Origin: Eledone cirrhosa
Taxonomy: Eukaryota
Reading direction: 5' to 3'
DNA length: 64,000 bases
NCBI GenBank assembly: GCA_964016885.1
Contig: OZ024763.1
Span: forward strand, 16,926,001-16,990,000
Each line of letters begins with the position of its first letter. Positions within the stretch are counted from its first letter, which is position 1. Positions 57,363-64,000 of this stretch are shown here, piece by piece. A model generated the notes under the pieces. It was not told where the DNA came from, ran no database searches, and saw only the letters and a program-made list of their open reading frames with translations. Position numbers and translations under genes: made by a program.

Positions 57363-59431
57363 TTAACCCTTTTGAAAGCAACCTGCCCCCAACCACCTGA
57401 GGTTGAATGAAACAAAAAAAAAAAAAAACCAATATCAGAGGATTTCTTTTTACGTTAAAAGCTTCCAACATATATTTCTATCTTTTGTATAAGTTATGTT
57501 GTAAAGACCGTCGTAATGGAATGATTAGCACTGTATATATTAGAATATAAGCTGAGGAATATGTGATCAAAAGACCGATGGTAAAAGGGTGGGGAGGGTT
57601 ATATACACCATCTAAAAAAATGCTTTGATTAGCTGCCTTGGTTTATAAACAGGGTTTGGATTTTCACCTATTTCTCAGACATAAAATAGAGGGTTTGGCT
57701 TGTACTGGGATCAGCTTATATGACGAAAAGATCGATGGTAAAAGTGTGTGTGTGTGGGGGGGGGGGGCTTATATACACCACCTAGAATATGTTTTGATTA
57801 GCTGTTAGCTGCCTTGGTTTGAAACAGGGTTTGGGTTTTTACCTATTTCTCAGACATAAAATAGAGGGTTTGGCTTGTATTGGGATCAGCTTATATGCAT
57901 CATCTAAACCGATTATGTCAAACCGAGGGTGCCTCGAGGGCCACATAGGTGACATATGTGTTGTCTGAGGGCCACATGGGTCATACACGTGTTGTCTGAG
58001 GGCCACATGTGTCACACACGAGCTGTCTGAGTGCCACATGTGTCACACGTATTGTCTGAGGGCCACATGGGTCACATGTGTTGTTTGAGGGGCACAATAG
58101 TCACATATGTGTTGTCTGAAGGCCACATGGGTCACATGCGTTGTCTGAGGGCCACATGTGTCACATATGTGTTGTCTGAGGGCCACATATGTCACACATG
58201 TGTTATATGAGGGCCACATGGGTCACATATGTGTTGTCTGAGGGCCACATGTGTCACATATGTGTTGTCTGAGGGCCACATATGTCACACATGTGTTGTC
58301 TGAAGGCCACATGGGTCACATATGTGTTGTCTGAGGGCCACATATGTCACATGTGTTGTCTGAGGGCCACATGTGTCATGTATGTGTTGTCTGAGGGCCA
58401 CATGGGTCACACGTTGTCTGAGGGCCACATGGGTCACATGTGTCACATGAGGGCCACAAGAGTCACATGTGTTGTCTGAGGGCCACATGGGTCACATATG
58501 TTGTCTGAGGGCCACATAGGTCACACATGTGTTGTCGGAGGGCCACATGGGTCACATATGTGTTGTCTGAGGGCCACATGGGTCACATGTGTTGTCTGAC
58601 GGCCACATGGGTCACATGTGTCACATGAGGGCCACAAGAGTCACGTGTTGTCTGAGGGCCACAAGAGTCACATGTGTTGTCTGAGGGCCACATATGTCAC
58701 ACATGTGTTGTCTGAGGGCCACATGGGTCACACATGTTGTCTGAGGGCCACATGGGTCACACATGTCTGAGGGCCACATGGGTCACACATGTCTGAGGGC
58801 CACATGGGTCACATGTGTTGTCTGAGGGCCACACATGACAATTAATTGCGGACATTATAACTAATATTTTTTATTTTATACTATGCATGCGCTGTAAAAA
58901 CTTGGTGTGTAAAGGGCCGCATCTTTGACATGCCTGGTCTCAACAATATGTCGATTAGCTGCCTTGGCTTATAAATGTCTTATATTTGAGTAACAGTAAT
59001 TTCAGAAAGACCCTCAATATTGTTGATTAATTAATTCAAATACTGGAGGCATGTGGCTTAGTGGTTAGAGCATTGGCCTTGCAATCGAAAGGTTGTGAGT
59101 TCAATTCTCAGACCGGGTGATGTGTTGTTTCCTTGAGCAAGACACTTTATTTCACATTGCTCCAGTTTACTCAGCTGTAGGAATGAGATGATAGGGACTG
59201 GGGTCCATATCATTCCACTGCAAAGTGGTCGTGGAGGTGCCACGGCAAAAAAGCACCCAGCACTCACTGTAAATGAGGTTGGTGTTAGGAAGGGCATCCA
59301 GCTGTAGAAATCAAGCCAGAATCAGTTCCCGTCCCACCCTTGCAAGCAGGGAAAAGCGGACGTAAAATGAAATGATGAAATGATGATGGTGACTGTGTAT
59401 TTCATTAGGAATATGGTAACAAAAGGGTTAA
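57363..59431. mobile_element. piggyBac-like non-autonomous element hosting nested hAT MITE and SINE
   Basis: TTAA-CCCTTTTG...CAAAAGGG-TTAA ends; degenerate duplicates of the left end at 57225-57360. Confidence 0.55.
57910..58936 (+). mobile_element. hAT (Charlie-like) MITE with expanded minisatellite (~30 units)
   Basis: TATGTCAAAC...TTTGACATGCCTG ends; imperfect 8 bp TSD ATCTAAAC/GTCTCAAC; same unit as 9355. Confidence 0.72.
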
Positions 59432-59489
59432 ACATGATAAGACGCATGGCTAGGGCCTCATAACAGGGTACATAGCAGAGCCCCTCTTC

Positions 59490-59935
59490 TTTTTTGCCCA
59501 CTTACTCCTAAGAAGATTATGGGGTCAGAGTTCTCAAATACCCCTTCCAGTGGGTCATGTAAGAAGCACCCATCTCCTACTGATCTGACTGGATTCCCAA
59601 GCGAGGCCAGCCAAGCTCTTGGATGTTATCCAACCAACTTGCTCAGAGCCTACCCTTGGGTCTCTTACCTTTTGATTTTGCCCATACAATCTGTGCAGCG
59701 ATTCTTCCCTGAGACATTCCAACCACATGTCTGTAGTATCAGAGCTCTGATCTCTCAATTTGGATAAGTAGTGGCTCTACCTTGATCTCCGAGCTACTCA
59801 CTTTATTGAGTATCATTACTCCAAAGACTCTTTGGAGGAATCCTATTTCAGCTTCTTGTATTTGGGATCGCATTATTTTGGTCAGTACACAAAATTCTTC
59901 ACCATAGATAAGGGTTGGCACAAATATCAAAAGGT
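59490..59935 (-). mobile_element. Degraded RTE-type LINE ORF2 3' fragment
   Basis: IFVPTLIYGEEFCVLTKIMRSQIQEAEIGFLQRV...VEPLLIQIERSEL. Confidence 0.8.
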
Positions 59936-59941
59936 GACCCT

Positions 59942-59972
<31 letters not shown>

Positions 59973-60795
59973 CTAAGGGATTTTTTTTCCCCCACTGTTG
60001 GATTGACAATGGACCTTAGTGCAATGTTGGAGCTGAAATAGGGTCAGCTCATAATGTGGGGTCCTCCTTCAAAGTTTTTTCGATGGTAAGGGCCCCCTAA
60101 AGCTCTTAATCAGGGCCTGGATGAAGAGACCAGTGGGTGTTGATGAGAAGATTGAGATAATTATATGAAACTAGTAGAGTTGTCCTCGGCTTTCACTTGC
60201 AGGAAGAGAGGTGGGTGAGGGGAAGTGATAGAGAGAGAGGTGGAAAGATGGGGAGGTAGGGAGAGGGAGAGAATGAGGGCTCTGTGATTTAGCAAGTCTA
60301 TCTAAACAACGGGGGTTAAAAGTGTGTTTATCAAACAGAGATTTGAAATTATTCCCAATCTATCTGTCTGTCAAATTTGTCTGTCTCTATGTATGTCACC
60401 CTCCCCCCCTCTCTCCCCTTCTCTCTCTCCCCTTCTCTCTCTCTCTCCCCCTCTCTCTCTCTCCCTCTCCCCCCCTCTCTATCCCCCTCTCTCTCTTTCT
60501 CTCTCCCCCTCTCTCTCTCCCCCTCTCTCTCTTTCTCTCTCCCCCTCTCTCTCTCCCCCTCTCTCTCTTTCTCTCTCTCCCCCTCTCTCTCGTTCTCTCC
60601 CCCATCCCTCTCTCTCTCTTTCTCCCCACCATCCCCCTCTCTCTCTTTATCTCACCCCCATCCCCCTCTCTCTCTTTATCTCACCCCCATCCCCCTCTCT
60701 CTCTCAGCATATATATATATATATATATATATAAATCAATACTCATACACACACATATGTGTGTATATCATCCAAAAATGGATGGTGAACAATGA

Positions 60796-60837
<42 letters not shown>

Positions 60838-60884
60838 TCACACAACATCTAAATGTGTATATATATATTTATGTGTGTATGTTT

Positions 60885-60955
<71 letters not shown>

Positions 60956-62354
60956 ATAGATATATAGAGATGAATATGTATATATGCACACATACACACA
61001 TACACCACACACACATACATCACACATACATACACCATACATACACATACACCACACATATACACACGCACCACACATACACACATACACCACACACACA
61101 ACACACTCAACACCCACACCACAAAGACACACACACACACCAAACAAACACACACACACCACAAAGACACACACACACCCCACCAAACACACACACACCC
61201 CACCAAACACACACACACACACCACACTCAAACATACCACACCACACCTTATACACACCCCACCAAACACCACACTCAAACATACCACACCACACAGACA
61301 AACACACACACACCACACTCAAACACACCACACAAACACCATATACACACCACAAAGACACACACACACACACACACCATATACACATACACCACACCAC
61401 AAAAACACATCACACCACACACACACACCAGACAGACACACACACCACACCACACACACACGCCACACCATACACACACACCACACCACAAAGACACACA
61501 CACAGGACACCACAAAGACACACACACACCACACCACACAAAGACACACACACCACAAAGACACACACACCACACCACACACACCACAGCACACCACACA
61601 CTCCACACCACACCATACACACACATCACACCACAAAGAGACACACACACCACACCAGAAAGACACACACACCACCATACACACACACCACACCATACAC
61701 ACACCACACCACACCATACACACACTCCACACCACACCATACACACACATCACACCACAAAGAGACACACACACACCACACCACAAAGACCCACACACCA
61801 CACCACACCATACACACACACCACACCATAAACACACATCACACCACAAAGAGACACACACACCACACCAGAAAGACACACACACCACACCATACACACA
61901 CATCACACCACAAAGAGACACACACACCACACCAGAAAGACACACACACCACCACACACACACACCACACCATACACACACACACCACACCACAAAGACA
62001 CACACCACACCACACCACACACACACCACACCACACACACACTCCACACCATACACACACACACCACACACACCACAACACACACACCAGACCATACACA
62101 CACCACCATACACACACACCACACCACACACACACCACACCACCATACACACACACACACCACACCACACACACCACAACACACACACCACACACAAAAC
62201 AGTATGTAGGTAGTATTTCAAATATCGATTGTTGAAAACTGGAATATGTCCACACAAGGTAATTTGATGGCTGCTATCGTCAATTTTACTGATTGGCATA
62301 GCTTTTTATGTTGAGTTTTTTTTTATTTAACTTATATTTAACTATATATGTGTA

Positions 62355-62411
<57 letters not shown>

Positions 62412-62433
62412 ATTTATGTATGTATGTATACTC

Positions 62434-62491
<58 letters not shown>

Positions 62492-62580
62492 GTATATATA
62501 TATAATATATATATGTGTGTGTATATGTATGTATATATATGTATATATATATATGTGTGTGTGTGGGTTTATGTATACTC

Positions 62581-62622
<42 letters not shown>

Positions 62623-62659
62623 GTATATATATATATATATATGTGTGTGTATATGTATC

Positions 62660-62712
<53 letters not shown>

Positions 62713-62714
<2 letters not shown>

Positions 62715-63697
62715 TTATTAAAATAACAGATTAAAGTTTAAGCAAAGAATCGCTGCTTTCACCCTTAACGGGATCTTCTGAAACTAACAAAGTCAATCTG
62801 TGAACGCAGAAGTGAATATTTCGAAAAACGTTGCAACCAAAGGAAGACAGGAAGACGATACTTTGGTTCGTGGAAACGTTCCCTGGCAAAGAACGGGAAA
62901 AAACGAAGATAATACGTCATTATTTGGAGCAGTGAAAAACAATTACACGCAAAGACAAAACCACATTTATGGTATAAAAGAAGTCGTAGACTAATATTCT
63001 ATTAGGTGATTCATAGAGACGTTCTCTGGCATTGAACGGAAAAAACGAAAATAATACGTCATATGTGGTGCGTGGAGAACAATTGCATGCAACGACAAAA
63101 CCACGTAAATGGTATAACTGAAGTCGTAGACTAAAATACAGAGGTAACTGAAATTAAATAAATACAGAATCATTCGGTTTCCTAGTTGGAATTTTAGTCT
63201 ACGACTTCAGTTATACCATTTACGGGTTTTGTCTTTGCGTGCAATTTTTCTCTACGCTCCACATATGACGTATTATCTTTGTTTTTTCCGTTCAATGCCA
63301 GAGAACATCTCTATGAACCACCTAATAGAATATCAGTCTACGACTTCTTTAATACCATAAACGTGGTTTTGTCTTTGATTGTAATTCTTTTTCACTGCTC
63401 CAAATAATGACGTATTATATTCGTTTTTCCCCTTCTTTGCCAGGGAACATTTCCACGAACCAAAGTATCGTCTTCGTGTCTTCCTCCGGTTGTAACATTT
63501 TTTGAAATATTCACTTCTGCATTCACAGATTGACTTTGTTAGTTTCAGAAGATCCCGTTAAGGGTGAAAGCAGCGATTCTTTGCTTGAACTTTAATCTGT
63601 TATTTTAATAAATATTTGCTCTACGGTTCTTATATATTTGATATATATTTATCCTTATCGAGCCCTCTTTGGATTTAGTCTTCAAATTTATTATTAT

Positions 63698-63700
<3 letters not shown>
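62713..63700. mobile_element. Long fold-back element (~430 bp arms) with U4A hammerhead-like motifs (62735-62785 minus, 63541-63591 plus)
   Basis: AGTTT-CAGAAGA-TCCCGTTAAGGGT-GAAA-GCAGCGATTCTTTGC-TT-RAACT; tail homologous to 41815-41935 (-). Confidence 0.75.
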
Positions 63701-63737
<37 letters not shown>

Positions 63738-63788
63738 ATGGATGGATACATGGATATATATATACACACATATATGGATGGATAAATA

Positions 63789-63839
<51 letters not shown>

Positions 63840-63926
63840 CGTCCATCTTCCACACAAGCAATATATATATGTATGTATATGTACATATATATGTGTGTAT
63901 ATTTAGAAATCATCAGGAATCTCATC

Positions 63927-63977
63927 AGATTCCTGATGATTTCTAAAGAATGAAACAGTTCTAGTCCTGTAGAATCT
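63927..63977 (+). ncRNA. Type I hammerhead ribozyme motif
   Basis: AGATTC-CTGATGA-TTTCTAAAGAAT-GAAA-CAGTTCTAGTCCTG-TA-GAATCT; truncated relatives at 13125 and 44888. Confidence 0.85.
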
Positions 63978-64000
63978 CATCTATATATACATATATATAT

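Overview
Eukaryotic, very AT- and microsatellite-rich animal DNA; the repeat make-up suggests an octopod cephalopod (inference). The only host gene feature is the first coding exon of a FoxJ2/3-class forkhead transcription factor (3069-4025, +). It ends at a phase-0 GT donor inside the forkhead domain, and I found no next exon, so the remaining ~60 kb reads as one intron. Almost all ORFs in the track are microsatellite artefacts. The intron holds tRNA-derived SINEs, RTE- and CRE-type LINE fragments, piggyBac/hAT/Tc1-like MITEs, Helitron-like elements and satellites. The main observation is that many short unique islands between (TA)n tracts belong to at least 10 sequence-divergent families of non-coding elements. 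Each carries a type I hammerhead ribozyme (HHR) motif; I counted about 29 by eye on both strands, including U3-A8 compensatory core variants and covarying stems. The families share a GAGYRCT motif about 35-70 nt from a 3' end that abuts (TA)n, and many copies are fold-back insertions whose junctions fall in or next to the ribozyme. This matches non-autonomous Penelope-like/retrozyme-type retroelements targeted to (TA)n. All folds were read by eye; none was computed or tested.
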